The notes beneath the pieces were generated by a model. The model made no database searches and was not told the origin of the DNA. It was given only the letters and a program-made list of their open reading frames with translations. Of a stretch of DNA of 64,000 nucleotides, positions 53,235 through 63,993 are shown one piece after another; the stretch's first letter is position 1, and every line of letters starts with the position of its first letter. This stretch comes from Aulosira sp. ZfuVER01 (GTDB lineage: Bacteria; Cyanobacteriota; Cyanobacteriia; Cyanobacteriales; Nostocaceae), in contig JAVRCV020000006.1 of the NCBI GenBank assembly GCA_034530615.2, positions 96,001 to 160,000 of the forward strand, in the 5' to 3' direction. A program made the position numbers and the translations under genes.

Positions 53235-56200
53235 GTGGCAGTTAATCCTGGCGATATCGCTTTTGTTGGCGTAAATTCTACCGATCCAGATCAGTTTGCA
53301 ATCCTTGCCTTAAAAGCAATTGCTCCTGGTGATACGTTCTATGTAACTGATGGTGGTTACATCTCACTCACGAATGTCGCAAACACAACGTTTCGGGCAA
53401 CGGAAGGTTTCCTTCAGTACACCGCACCTGCTGGAGGAATCGCTGCGGGTAGTGTCATCCTGATTAATGCTGGTAGTGGTAACTCTCCATCGGTCTCTCT
53501 CAATGATGGCGGTGCTGCCGGAACTGTGACACTTCTTGCTAATAGCAGTAATAACACCACCAATTTCTCATTTTCCACAAGTGGTGATTCACTCACTGCC
53601 TATACAGTTACAAGTGGGACATACTTGACTGGTACACCCACGCTGATTGCTTTTATTGACTTTGGGGTTAATCCTTATGGTTCGGGTTCAGCGCAAGCAT
53701 CGAACATCCCGACCATTTCTGGAGGTCAGGTTCTCGACCTTGCTAATCTCGACAATGCAATCTTCACCAATGCCTCAAATGTATACTCTCAGACTATTTC
53801 TGCTCTGAGTACTGCTAGCAACTTCACCCAGCAGGAAGCAGCACCCTACGACCTTACCACACTGGCTTCGGCTCCCATCACAACGATACCCAGCGTTACT
53901 CTTTCACTCAGTACTACCACAGGTTCTGAAGCAGAGCAGACAGCAATCACTGTTAGCGTCACAGCCGCTAGTGCGGTTTCTGGGGATCAGACAGTTACGT
54001 TAGGCGTCAGTGGCACAAACATCACAACGGATGACTACGCCCTCAATAATACGGCGGCGAATACCGTCACCATTACAATTCCAAATGGCCAGACAACGGG
54101 TACTGCAACTTTCAAGATTGCTGATGATACACAACCTGAGGGAACTGAAACCGCAACTCTGAGCATCAGCAACCCCTCCTCTGGAATTGCTTTGGGAAAT
54201 GTAACGACTCAAAACATTACAATTACTGACAACGATAGCGTTGTGGATTTGTCTAAGTATGTCCGGATTGGTCGGTATGATTTACCTGAACCAACCCGTA
54301 CTGCTGCACCAGGCAACAGTTTGCTTGCCAAAGAAGCCTCAGCAGTGACCTACAACTGGGACACGGACACGCTGTTTGTTGTTGGGGATGGTGGTACATC
54401 GATTGTTCAGGTTACAAAAACCGGACAGCTAATCAACTCCATGACATTAGCTCCTGGCAGTAGTCCCCAAGGCACAGAATTTTATGATACGGAAGGATTG
54501 ACCTACTTTGGCAATGGCAAGTTTGTCCTCATCGAGGAGCGCTACAGACAAGCTAACTTGTTTACGTATGTTGCAGGTGGCACGCTGCAAAGATCTGATG
54601 TTCAAACCGTCAAGCTTGGTACAACCGTTGGCAATATCGGGATTGAAGGCATCTCCTACGACCCATTGACAAGCGGATTCATTGCTGTAAAAGAGTTAAA
54701 TCCAGAAGGAATTTTCCAAACAGGCATCGATTTTAATGCAGGTACTGCAACCAACGGTTCGCCTACAACAGACAATTCAACCAACCTTTTCAATCCGGCT
54801 CTGGCAAACCTCGCAGACTTGTCAGATGTTTTCGCTCTATCTAACCTGCCCGCTTTAAGTGGAACACCAGATTACAACAACCTACTGATCTTGAGTCAAG
54901 AGTCGGGCAAAATTGTCAACATCGATCGCTCTGGAAACATTCAAAGTTCACTAACGATTATCGGCGATCCAGATAACCCGTTGTCTGTGACAGACCAGAC
55001 TAATGAAGGTCTGACGATGGATCGCAATGGCATTCTATATGTCGTTAATGAAAATGGTGGTGGCGATGCCAACCACCCACAACTCTGGGTCTACGCACCG
55101 TCTTCAGTGCCAAACCAAGCTCCGACCGCGATCGCGCTGAAAAATCAAGTCAATGCGATCGCAGAAAATACCAGTACTACAACACGGATTAAAGTAGCAG
55201 ATATTGCTATTACTGATGATGGGCTGGGAAGCAATAATCTGACTGTGACTGGATCTGATGCTAACTTCTTTGAAGTTGATAGCACTGGATTATACATCAA
55301 AGCCGGAACCGTTCTAGATTACGAAACCAAAACTAGCTATAGCATCAACATTAATGTAGACGATCCAACCGTTGGCAGTAACCCAGATGCCACCACACCT
55401 TACACCCTAAATGTTACTGATGTTGTCAATGAAGGTTCTGCCAGTACCTCATTAAAAATTACTGAAGTGGCTCCTTGGTCGAGTGGCAATAGCACCCTGG
55501 CTGCCGATTGGTTTGAGGTGACAAATACTGGCTCCAGTGCGGTAAATATTACTGGTTGGAAGATGGATGATAACTCTAATTCCTTCGGTTCAGCAGTTGC
55601 CCTCAATGGCATCACTAACATCGCTGCTGGCGAGTCGGTTATCTTCATCGAAAGTTCTGATCCAGCAGTCATTCAGAACTTCAAAGCCTTATGGTTTGGT
55701 GCTAATGCGCCCGCGAATCTGCAAATCGGCACTTACTCTGGTTCAGGGGTTGGCTTAAGTACATCGGGGGATGCTGTTAACTTATTTGACGGCGGTGGCA
55801 CACTACAAGCTAATGTCACCTTTGGTGCTTCTCCAGGAAGTGCTCCATTCTCAACCTTCGACAATTCAGCTGGTCTGAACAATGTAGCTATCTTACAACT
55901 GAGTACTATCGGACAACATGGTGCTTTTGTTGCAGTAGACAATATCAATGAAATCGGTTCTCCAGCTACAATTGCTGCGCCTTCACCCGCCTATGCTGTA
56001 TTTAACTTCAGCATAGGTAACTATAGTGTCACAGAGGGCAATACACCTGGCTTCTCTACCAACGCCACGGTGCGAATTTACCGCACTGGCGATGTATCTG
56101 GGACGAATAGCGTACAGCTGAAGCTAAGTGATGGCACGGCAACAGGTAGCGGTCTTTCTGTTCCTGTGCAAAGTACCCTTCAAGGGACTAGCACTGGCTC

Positions 56201-59200
56201 GACCCCTTACATCCTGCCTGTCGCATCGGGTGTAAAGGTAATATCCCTTCTGACCACAGACAACACAGGAGCTAAACCCGACGACACCGTACCTAAAGTG
56301 AGCGGTGGTACCTACGGCATGGACGGTATTCCTGATGGTCTGGGAGCTTTCGACAATGGCGACGGCACCTTTACCGTGCTAATGAACCATGAGTTAGGGA
56401 ACACGAATGGCGTAGTGCGGGATCATGGCGCAAGAGGTGCTTATGTCTCCAAGTTTGTGATTGACAAGAGTACTCTCCAAGTTGTCTCTGGTGAGGACTT
56501 GATCAAGCAAATTTATGGTTGGAATTCCACTACTCAAAGTGTCAATACTACTGCTCCCATCACCCTGGCAATCAACCGCTTTTGCTCTGCTGACCTCCCC
56601 GCTGTCACAGCTTTCTACAACCCCAACACAGGGCTTGGGTCTCAAGCGCGAATTTTCATGAATGGGGAAGAAGGCGGTACAACGGGTTATCAATTTGCTA
56701 CGGTTGTCACTGGGGCTGATGCAGGGAAAGCCTACGTTCTCGGCAAATTTAATCTCTCTACCAATGGTTCTGGTTTGTCAGGTGTGGGGGGTTGGGAAAA
56801 TGCCCTTGCCAATCCCTATGCTCAAGACAAAACTATCGTCATCGGCAATAACGATGGCGGTACTGGCATTATGAATAATGCGGTTGCTGTTTATGTCGGT
56901 ACGAAGCAAAGCACGGGTACTGAGGTTGACAAAGCTGGTCTTACCAATGGCATCCTTAAGTTCATCAGCGTTGCGGGTAACTCTGCGGAAATTGCTAATG
57001 CTACAACTCGTGCCACCAATATCACGAATGGCACTCGATTTATCCTCAGCAGTACTGCCTCAACAACATTCTCCCGCCCCGAAGACGGAGCATGGAACCC
57101 CCTCGATCCTCGCCAATACTTCTTCGCCACCACCGATCGCCTTGACCAAGTATCGGATGGAGTGGGGACTCAGATTGGGCAGACTCGCCTGTGGCGCTTG
57201 ACCTTCGACGATATCACTAACCCAGATGCTGGAGGGACGATCGATCTGCTAATTGATGGTGACACAGTCAATGGCGTAAAAGTCAATATGTTTGACAACA
57301 TCAGCATTGATAAGTATGGTCACATCTTGCTGCAAGAGGATGTGGGTGGTGCAGCACACAATGGCAAGATTTGGCAGTATGACATTGCCACAGACACCTT
57401 AAAACAAATTGCAAAACACGATCCTGCTCGTTTTGGAGATATTGGTGTTGCTGCAACTTCACCGTTTAATAACGATGAAGAATCTTCTGGAATTATTGAT
57501 GTTCAAGACATTCTAGGGCCCGGTTGGTTTTTGACTTCTGACCAAGCCCACTACACTACAGGGGTTACGACATCGCAAGTAGAAGGGGGACAGCTACTGG
57601 CAATCTTTAATCCAGATACCTACAACGCGGCAATTGATTATAACAACACGCCGATTACGGTTACGTTCAACCCTGGCGAGACGTACAAGGATGTACAGAT
57701 TCCGATCGCCGGAGATTTCACACCGGAAGCTAACGAAACCGTTAACTTGAGTTTGGTGAATCCCAGTGCAGGTACAGTCATTGGCACTAAGCAGCCTAAC
57801 GCAGTGTTAACTATCAACAATGACGATCTACCTCCTAGTGCCCGCATCCATGACATCCAGGGAGCAGGGCATATTTCACCCCTCAATGGTCAGAACGTCA
57901 CCAATGTACCAGGTATTGTTACTGCCATAGCTAGCAACGGATTTTACTTACAAGATCCCATCCCCGATAACGACGATCGCACTTCTGAAGGAATCTTTGT
58001 CTTTACTAGTTCTGCTCCCACAGTTGCAGTGGGCGATTACATCCAGGTGAGTGGTAAGGTTTCTGAATTCCGTCCAGGAGGCAGTGCCAATAATCTGACG
58101 ATTACGGAGATTACCAGTTCCACCATCAACAAGCTATCGTCTGGTAACACGCTGCCTGCTGCTACCATTCTGGGCAACGGTGGTCGCACCATCCCGACAA
58201 TAGTAATTGAAAACGATGCCACTAATGTAGAAAGCAGTGGTGTATTTGACCCCGCAAACGATGGCATCGACTTTTATGAAAGCCTAGAAGGAATGCGGGT
58301 GCAGATTAACAACCCAGTCACCACTTCTCCAACCAATTTCTTTGGTTCTTCTGAGGAAATCTGGGTGCTGGCAGACAATGGAGCCAATGCCACTAGCCGC
58401 ACTGCTCGTGGCGGTAGCTTGATTACCTCAACCGACTTTAACCCAGAGCGAATTCAGATTGATGACCTGATAAACTCGGCTTTAACTCTGCCCACTGTAA
58501 ATGTGGGCGCTCGACTCAGCACGATTACAGGCGTGGTTAACTATGACTTCAACAACTACGAAGTATTGGTTTCTACAGAGCCAACAGTAGTGCAGGCATC
58601 CTCTCTGCAAAAAGAAGTTACTAACCTGACTTCCACAGACCCCAATAAACTAACAGTTGCCACTTTCAACGTTGAGAACCTCGATCCGGGCGATGATGCC
58701 TCTAAGTTCAACGCCCTTGCCAGTGCGATCGCCAACAACCTGAAATCCCCCGACATCATCAGCCTAGAGGAAATTCAGGACAACAACGGCCCGACGAACG
58801 ATAGCGTCGTTGATGCCAGCGTTACCTACCAAAAATTAATTAATGCGATCGCATCTGCTGGTGGCCCCACATATCAATATCGGCAAATTGACCCAGTAGA
58901 CGATACTAATGGCGGTGAACCTGGTGGTAATATCCGCGTCGGTTTCTTGTTTAACCCCAATCGTGTCAGTTTTGTAGATCGTCCTGGTGGTACTTCCACT
59001 TCCAATACTACAGTTAGCAACGCCGGGGGAACTGCTACACTTTCTGCTAGTCCTGGTTTAGTTGACCCGACAAACTCAGCTTTTAATAGCAGTCGTAAGC
59101 CTTTAGTTGGTGAATTTACTTTCAACGGTCAGACTGTGTATGTCATAGGCAATCACTTTAACTCTAAAGGTGGCGACCAACCTTTATACGGGCCGAATCA

Positions 59201-61055
59201 ACCGCCAACACTCAGTAGTGAAGTGCAGCGCCAGCAGCAAGCCACAATAGTGAAAAACTTTGTGCAGAGTATTCTAGCTATTAACCCTAACGCCAATGTG
59301 GTTGTAGCAGGTGACTTGAATGATTTCGAGTTTTCCAATCCCCTGAATACGCTCAAAAGTGCCGGACTTAGTGCTTTAATTGAAACGCTACCTGCAAATG
59401 AGCGTTACACCTACAACTTTGAAGGTAATGCTCAAACTCTGGATCATATCCTGGTAAGTGGCAACTTGTTCAATAAACTCGATGGGTATGATGTAGTACA
59501 TATCAATTCAGAGTTTGCCGACCAAGTTAGCGATCACGATCCCAGCGTAGCCAGGTTTAGTTTGCTACCTAATCAAGCACCAACAGCAGTTAACCTCAAT
59601 AATCCACTCACGAGTATCAATGAAAACAGTGACATTAGTAGCCGGGTGAAAGTGGCAGAGATTGCGATCGCAGATGATGGTTTAGGCAAAAATAATCTGA
59701 GTCTAAGCGGTACAGATGCTAGCTTCTTTGAAATCGACAATTCCATTCTCTATCTCAAAGCAGGAACCAGCCTCGATTACGAAAGCAAATCTAGCTACAA
59801 TGTCACAGTTACAGTAGACGATCCCACAGTCGGTAATACTCCCGATGCTACTGCCAACTTCACCTTGACTGTCAATGATTTCAATGAAGCACCTACAGCA
59901 GTTACATTAAACAATTCAACTACCAGCCTAGCGGAAAACAGCAACACTACTAGCCGGATCGAGTTAGCAGAAATTGCGATCGCAGATGATGCACTGGGTA
60001 CAAATAACCTCAGTCTGAGTGGTACAGATGCGGGTTTCTTTGAAATCGACAATTCTGTTCTCTACCTCAAGGCGGGAACCAACCTCGATTACGAAAGCAA
60101 ATCAAGCTACAAAATTACAGTTGCGGTTGATGACCCGACAGTAGGCAATAATCCCGATGCTACTGCTAACTTCACTTTGACTGTCAATGATGTCAATGAA
60201 GCACCAATTGCTAAGAATGATAGCGCCACTACTACTGATATTAAGCCAGTTACAATTAATGTGCTGGCGAATGATAGCGACCCAGATAGCGATCCACTCA
60301 GTATTAGCAGCTTTACTAATCCTAATGGTGGTACGGTGGTGAAGAATCAGGATAATACCTTCACTTATACTCCTGACATTGGCTTTTCTGGTAGTGATAG
60401 CTTTGCCTACACCGCCAGCGATGGGAAAGGTGGTACTGGGACAGCAACCGTCAACTTGACTATAAACCGTGTTAGTACTGGAATTTTTGGTACTTTAAAT
60501 CAGGATAATCTCACAGGCACCAACCAAAACGATCTAATTGGCGGTTTAGCTGGTGACGATGTACTTAAAGGTGGTAACGGTGACGATACTATCTATGGTG
60601 GTCTTGGTAACGACAGCCTCGGTGGTGAAAATGGTAACGATATCCTATATGGTGATAGCGGCAATGATACCTTACTAGGTGGGAATGGTGATGATGTCTT
60701 AGTTGGAGGTAAGGGAAGCGACTTCCTAACTGGTGGGAATGGTAGCGATCGCTTTTATTTAACTGGTAATAGTACTGGTGAATTCGACACTATCACTGAC
60801 TTTGTGCATGGAGTTGACTCTATTGTTGTCTCCAAGTCTGAATTCGGACTGAGCCAACTACCAGGTGTACTTAACTCCAGTTTGTTCTGGTCTGGTATCA
60901 GTGCTAATACGTCGAGCAATCGCTTTATCTACAATTCAAGTACAGGGAACCTATTCTTTGATGCAGATGGAACTGGTAGCACAACACAAATTCAAATAGC
61001 CCAGTTAACGAATAGGGCAATCCTTACCAGTAGCGATATTACAGTCATTGCATAG
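53235..61055 (+). CDS. Giant secreted RTX-type protein: Calx-beta, SdiA-regulated-like propeller, cadherin, lamin-tail, PhoX-like, ExeM/NucH-type nuclease, cadherin x2, Ig-like, Ca-binding repeats
   Basis: SD AGGAG before GTG; RFCSA, RPEDG, FDNI, QED and ESSGII (PhoX-like); IHDIQG, ATFNVENL, NHFNSK, GDLND, LDHIL and SDHDP (EEP nuclease); C-terminal GGNGDD nonapeptides. Confidence 0.9.
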   Translation: MAVNPGDIAFVGVNSTDPDQFAILALKAIAPGDTFYVTDGGYISLTNVANTTFRATEGFLQYTAPAGGIAAGSVILINAGSGNSPSVSLNDGGAAGTVTLLANSSNNTTNFSFSTSGDSLTAYTVTSGTYLTGTPTLIAFIDFGVNPYGSGSAQASNIPTISGGQVLDLANLDNAIFTNASNVYSQTISALSTASNFTQQEAAPYDLTTLASAPITTIPSVTLSLSTTTGSEAEQTAITVSVTAASAVSGDQTVTLGVSGTNITTDDYALNNTAANTVTITIPNGQTTGTATFKIADDTQPEGTETATLSISNPSSGIALGNVTTQNITITDNDSVVDLSKYVRIGRYDLPEPTRTAAPGNSLLAKEASAVTYNWDTDTLFVVGDGGTSIVQVTKTGQLINSMTLAPGSSPQGTEFYDTEGLTYFGNGKFVLIEERYRQANLFTYVAGGTLQRSDVQTVKLGTTVGNIGIEGISYDPLTSGFIAVKELNPEGIFQTGIDFNAGTATNGSPTTDNSTNLFNPALANLADLSDVFALSNLPALSGTPDYNNLLILSQESGKIVNIDRSGNIQSSLTIIGDPDNPLSVTDQTNEGLTMDRNGILYVVNENGGGDANHPQLWVYAPSSVPNQAPTAIALKNQVNAIAENTSTTTRIKVADIAITDDGLGSNNLTVTGSDANFFEVDSTGLYIKAGTVLDYETKTSYSININVDDPTVGSNPDATTPYTLNVTDVVNEGSASTSLKITEVAPWSSGNSTLAADWFEVTNTGSSAVNITGWKMDDNSNSFGSAVALNGITNIAAGESVIFIESSDPAVIQNFKALWFGANAPANLQIGTYSGSGVGLSTSGDAVNLFDGGGTLQANVTFGASPGSAPFSTFDNSAGLNNVAILQLSTIGQHGAFVAVDNINEIGSPATIAAPSPAYAVFNFSIGNYSVTEGNTPGFSTNATVRIYRTGDVSGTNSVQLKLSDGTATGSGLSVPVQSTLQGTSTGSTPYILPVASGVKVISLLTTDNTGAKPDDTVPKVSGGTYGMDGIPDGLGAFDNGDGTFTVLMNHELGNTNGVVRDHGARGAYVSKFVIDKSTLQVVSGEDLIKQIYGWNSTTQSVNTTAPITLAINRFCSADLPAVTAFYNPNTGLGSQARIFMNGEEGGTTGYQFATVVTGADAGKAYVLGKFNLSTNGSGLSGVGGWENALANPYAQDKTIVIGNNDGGTGIMNNAVAVYVGTKQSTGTEVDKAGLTNGILKFISVAGNSAEIANATTRATNITNGTRFILSSTASTTFSRPEDGAWNPLDPRQYFFATTDRLDQVSDGVGTQIGQTRLWRLTFDDITNPDAGGTIDLLIDGDTVNGVKVNMFDNISIDKYGHILLQEDVGGAAHNGKIWQYDIATDTLKQIAKHDPARFGDIGVAATSPFNNDEESSGIIDVQDILGPGWFLTSDQAHYTTGVTTSQVEGGQLLAIFNPDTYNAAIDYNNTPITVTFNPGETYKDVQIPIAGDFTPEANETVNLSLVNPSAGTVIGTKQPNAVLTINNDDLPPSARIHDIQGAGHISPLNGQNVTNVPGIVTAIASNGFYLQDPIPDNDDRTSEGIFVFTSSAPTVAVGDYIQVSGKVSEFRPGGSANNLTITEITSSTINKLSSGNTLPAATILGNGGRTIPTIVIENDATNVESSGVFDPANDGIDFYESLEGMRVQINNPVTTSPTNFFGSSEEIWVLADNGANATSRTARGGSLITSTDFNPERIQIDDLINSALTLPTVNVGARLSTITGVVNYDFNNYEVLVSTEPTVVQASSLQKEVTNLTSTDPNKLTVATFNVENLDPGDDASKFNALASAIANNLKSPDIISLEEIQDNNGPTNDSVVDASVTYQKLINAIASAGGPTYQYRQIDPVDDTNGGEPGGNIRVGFLFNPNRVSFVDRPGGTSTSNTTVSNAGGTATLSASPGLVDPTNSAFNSSRKPLVGEFTFNGQTVYVIGNHFNSKGGDQPLYGPNQPPTLSSEVQRQQQATIVKNFVQSILAINPNANVVVAGDLNDFEFSNPLNTLKSAGLSALIETLPANERYTYNFEGNAQTLDHILVSGNLFNKLDGYDVVHINSEFADQVSDHDPSVARFSLLPNQAPTAVNLNNPLTSINENSDISSRVKVAEIAIADDGLGKNNLSLSGTDASFFEIDNSILYLKAGTSLDYESKSSYNVTVTVDDPTVGNTPDATANFTLTVNDFNEAPTAVTLNNSTTSLAENSNTTSRIELAEIAIADDALGTNNLSLSGTDAGFFEIDNSVLYLKAGTNLDYESKSSYKITVAVDDPTVGNNPDATANFTLTVNDVNEAPIAKNDSATTTDIKPVTINVLANDSDPDSDPLSISSFTNPNGGTVVKNQDNTFTYTPDIGFSGSDSFAYTASDGKGGTGTATVNLTINRVSTGIFGTLNQDNLTGTNQNDLIGGLAGDDVLKGGNGDDTIYGGLGNDSLGGENGNDILYGDSGNDTLLGGNGDDVLVGGKGSDFLTGGNGSDRFYLTGNSTGEFDTITDFVHGVDSIVVSKSEFGLSQLPGVLNSSLFWSGISANTSSNRFIYNSSTGNLFFDADGTGSTTQIQIAQLTNRAILTSSDITVIA
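59571..60200 (+). repeat. Two tandem ~312-bp cadherin-like coding repeats (a third copy near 55110-55430)
   Basis: N[QE]APTAV.LNN...FFEIDNS.LYLKAGT.LDYESKSSY...VDDPTVGN.PDATANFTLTVND repeated. Confidence 0.85.
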
Positions 61056-61150
61056 CAGAGTCATAATAAGCACGTTTGTAGAGGCGCGATCGCTGCTAGT
61101 TATTTAAGACCTACGCGAGCAAAATGCGAACGACAACCTGATTCTTGCGT

Positions 61151-61180
61151 AGCGGTAATTTTTGAATTACCGCTACTTTT
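61151..61180 (+). terminator. Rho-independent terminator-like hairpin
   Basis: AGCGGTAATT..AATTACCGCT followed by a T-rich tract, after the giant gene. Confidence 0.65.
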
Positions 61181-61346
61181 GTTTTTTGTGGGGAAGTTCT
61201 ATCAATACTTTCGTTTACTAAATATTAAATCTAAATACTATCCTAGAAATAGAAGATGAAAAATATATAGAAAAGAAGTATAAGGACAGGTGAGGACGTG
61301 CGAATGAAAAGATAACAACTGATTATTAACTATGGACTATTTAAAA

Positions 61347-62075
61347 ATGGCAAATATTAACAAATCACCCATCATTCGCTTAGAAGATATCTTTAAAATC
61401 TACGGCAGTGGCGAAACCGAAGTAAAAGCACTTAATAATGTGAATTTGACTATCGATGAAGGTGAATATTGTTCAATTATGGGGCCTTCCGGCTCAGGTA
61501 AATCCACCGCCATGAATATTATTGGCTGTTTGGATCGCCCCACTTCTGGAAGTTACTATCTAGACAATATCAATGTGGCGCAAATGAACGATAAAGCATT
61601 AGCGCACATTCGCAACAAAAAACTAGGGTTTGTCTTCCAACAATTCCACTTATTATCTCAACTGACAGCCTTAGAAAATGTCATGTTACCGATGGCGTAT
61701 GCTGGGATCAATGCCACCGAAAGACGCGATCGCGCTACCGAAGCTTTAATGAGAGTCGGCTTAGAAAATCGTCTGAACAACAAACCCACTCAACTCTCTG
61801 GCGGACAACAACAAAGAGTAGCGATCGCTCGCGCCATTGTCAATCGTCCCGTTGTTCTTCTAGCCGATGAACCCACTGGCGCACTCGATTCACGCACAAC
61901 CCAAGAAGTCTTAAGTATCTTTAGCGAATTGAATGCCAGTGGTATTACAGTAGTCATGGTCACTCATGAACCAGATGTAGCCCGTCAAACCCAGCGTATT
62001 GTTTGGTTCCGTGATGGTGAAGTTGTACACTCACACCTCACTCCAGCCGATTTAACTCATTTGGCTGCATCGTAA
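61347..62075 (+). CDS. ABC transporter ATP-binding protein (LolD/MacB-like)
   Basis: [33 protein letters not shown] and VTH motifs. Confidence 0.93.
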   Translation: MANINKSPIIRLEDIFKIYGSGETEVKALNNVNLTIDEGEYCSIMGPSGSGKSTAMNIIGCLDRPTSGSYYLDNINVAQMNDKALAHIRNKKLGFVFQQFHLLSQLTALENVMLPMAYAGINATERRDRATEALMRVGLENRLNNKPTQLSGGQQQRVAIARAIVNRPVVLLADEPTGALDSRTTQEVLSIFSELNASGITVVMVTHEPDVARQTQRIVWFRDGEVVHSHLTPADLTHLAAS

Positions 62076-62175
62076 ATCATGAAAAAATTAAAGTCCGTGT
62101 AGACGGACTTTGTTTGTTTAGCTGCGACTTCTAATCGCTATGGCAAAAATAGGTAATAAATGGGGATTTGCTGAA

Positions 62176-62706
62176 TTACAAACTTGATGTTTTGCCAGTT
62201 TGTGCTTGCGTTTCAATCGGCTTGACATCAGTGTAGCCCATATTGCCTGCGATCGTTCGCAGCACAGACATTTGTCCTTCAAAATCTAATCCTTCAAGTT
62301 GGGAAAGTAGATTGTCAATTTTATCTGTGGTTTCATAGTCGTCTGGGATATCAACTACCCGATCTCCCATAGCTACAGCCCAAGCATACCAAACCAGCAA
62401 CTGGTTATTTTCTTTTAAAGCACCATAAGCACGTGAATAATCTGTAGCCTCGCGATTCACAATTTGTCGCATAATTGCCAGTTGCTCTTCATCGGATAAA
62501 TCCAAATAGTCTCCTAGCAAGAGAGGAGCTAAGTTTGGTTCAGCCGCAGCTGGAGCAGCCGGAGTGATTGAATCCCCCATTTTTTCATAAACAAAATACA
62601 ACCAAGCTAGTTTGCTATCAGTATCTAAAGCATTAAAAGCTTCTACTGCTTTTTGAGTTTCATTGGTCAAAGCTTGAGAAAAGGTTTTATCTTGGCTAGC
62701 GGTCAT
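62176..62706 (-). CDS. Helical carotenoid protein (OCP N-terminal domain homologue)
   Basis: F..L..D.KLAWLY..Y..MG.SITPAAP, EQL..MR, YSRAYGAL..N.QL..WY and GQMSVLR motifs. Confidence 0.88.
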   Translation of the reverse strand: MTASQDKTFSQALTNETQKAVEAFNALDTDSKLAWLYFVYEKMGDSITPAAPAAAEPNLAPLLLGDYLDLSDEEQLAIMRQIVNREATDYSRAYGALKENNQLLVWYAWAVAMGDRVVDIPDDYETTDKIDNLLSQLEGLDFEGQMSVLRTIAGNMGYTDVKPIETQAQTGKTSSL

Positions 62707-62921
62707 CGTTTGTCTCCAAGGCAATTTAACGTATCAAACTTAGGGTTAACAAAGATTAATCATTAGAATCTACTGCCAAGAGAAAGAGATTTATTAATTT
62801 TAACTTAGAGGTTTTATCTATCTTTTAATAGAAGTAAGAATATCTCCAAAGGTGTCAATGATTTAGCAGATCGCTTTGATAGGATTACCTTAGCAAGTGA
62901 AAAAATACCTAGGAGTAATTT

Positions 62922-63296
62922 ATGCCTGATGAAGTAAAGCCCAATGTCAACGAAGCTCCTACCCATGATGCACAATTAGCAGCCGAAAACATAGCTGCTG
63001 GTGAAGAAAAAGCGCCATCGGTAGATTTTGAAGCTGATTACGCCGCTGCACAGCAATTTAGTGTCAGTGATATCGACCGTACAGGCGAAGGTGCTAAAGC
63101 AGCCGAAGCAGCAACAGCGCCTAAACAAGAACTTTCAAAACCACAAGAAGTCAGAACACAATCACAAGCAACAGGTAATCCTGAGGATTATGCAGATATG
63201 GCTAAAGAGGTTGGTGGCTCTAAAACAGAGGGTGCAACTAACATCGATGACGATCTAGTGAAAAAAGCTTTAGAAAAGGGTCAATCAAAAAATTAA
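62922..63296 (+). CDS. Hypothetical acidic hydrophilic protein
   Basis: 124-aa ORF with SD AGGAG. Confidence 0.8.
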   Translation: MPDEVKPNVNEAPTHDAQLAAENIAAGEEKAPSVDFEADYAAAQQFSVSDIDRTGEGAKAAEAATAPKQELSKPQEVRTQSQATGNPEDYADMAKEVGGSKTEGATNIDDDLVKKALEKGQSKN

Positions 63297-63357
63297 GTTT
63301 GCTCAACATAGTCAAAAGTCAGTAGTTATATTTTCAATTTGAACTATAGACTTTTGA

Positions 63358-63993
63358 CTATTTATTACGTAAAACCTTTAAAAGCTCACTTGGATGATGA
63401 ATTAAAAAATCTGGTTTTTGTTTGGCTAGAACTTCTGATGAATTAAATCCCCAAGTTACTGCAATTACCTGGATATTAGCCTTCTTTGATGCTTCAACAT
63501 CTCTAGTTTCATCACCAACATACGTAACTTCGTTTGGTTTGAGCTGCTTTTGCCGTAATACATTATTGATAATGGTTCTTTTGCCAAAAATTGTTACTCC
63601 TGAGTAGATAAAATCAAATAAACTAGCTAAATCATTGATTTTGAGGAATTCATTGACATTATCTTTAGAATTAGAAGTAATAATTCCTAGCTTATAACCT
63701 TGAGACTTAAGTTCTATTAAGGCTTCTTGAATTCCTGGAATAGGTTTAAATTCATGAATCTTGTTTTTTAATTCTGCTTTAACTTTTTTAACTAAAAAAG
63801 GGATTTTAAATACTGAGATACCTGCATATTTAATAATTTCCCTAGAAGTTAAATTTCGCAGCAGAGCTAATTCCTGTTGAGTGATCTGTACATAACCAAA
63901 CTCTAAAGCCAAACGATTAGCAATACTGACAAGCGCATCTACTGTATCTGCAATCGTGCCATCAAAATCAAAGATAATTACTTTCTGAGTCAT
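63358..63993 (-). CDS. HAD-family hydrolase (phosphoglycolate phosphatase-like)
   Basis: FDFDGTIADT, ITSN, YVGDETRD and AVTWGF motifs. Confidence 0.92.
   Translation of the reverse strand: MTQKVIIFDFDGTIADTVDALVSIANRLALEFGYVQITQQELALLRNLTSREIIKYAGISVFKIPFLVKKVKAELKNKIHEFKPIPGIQEALIELKSQGYKLGIITSNSKDNVNEFLKINDLASLFDFIYSGVTIFGKRTIINNVLRQKQLKPNEVTYVGDETRDVEASKKANIQVIAVTWGFNSSEVLAKQKPDFLIHHPSELLKVLRNK

Noticed and set aside
61347..62075. ABC ATPase as the type I exporter of the RTX protein
   Set aside because: It is a stand-alone LolD/MacB-type ATPase with no HlyB membrane domain or HlyD partner, and a terminator separates it from the giant gene.
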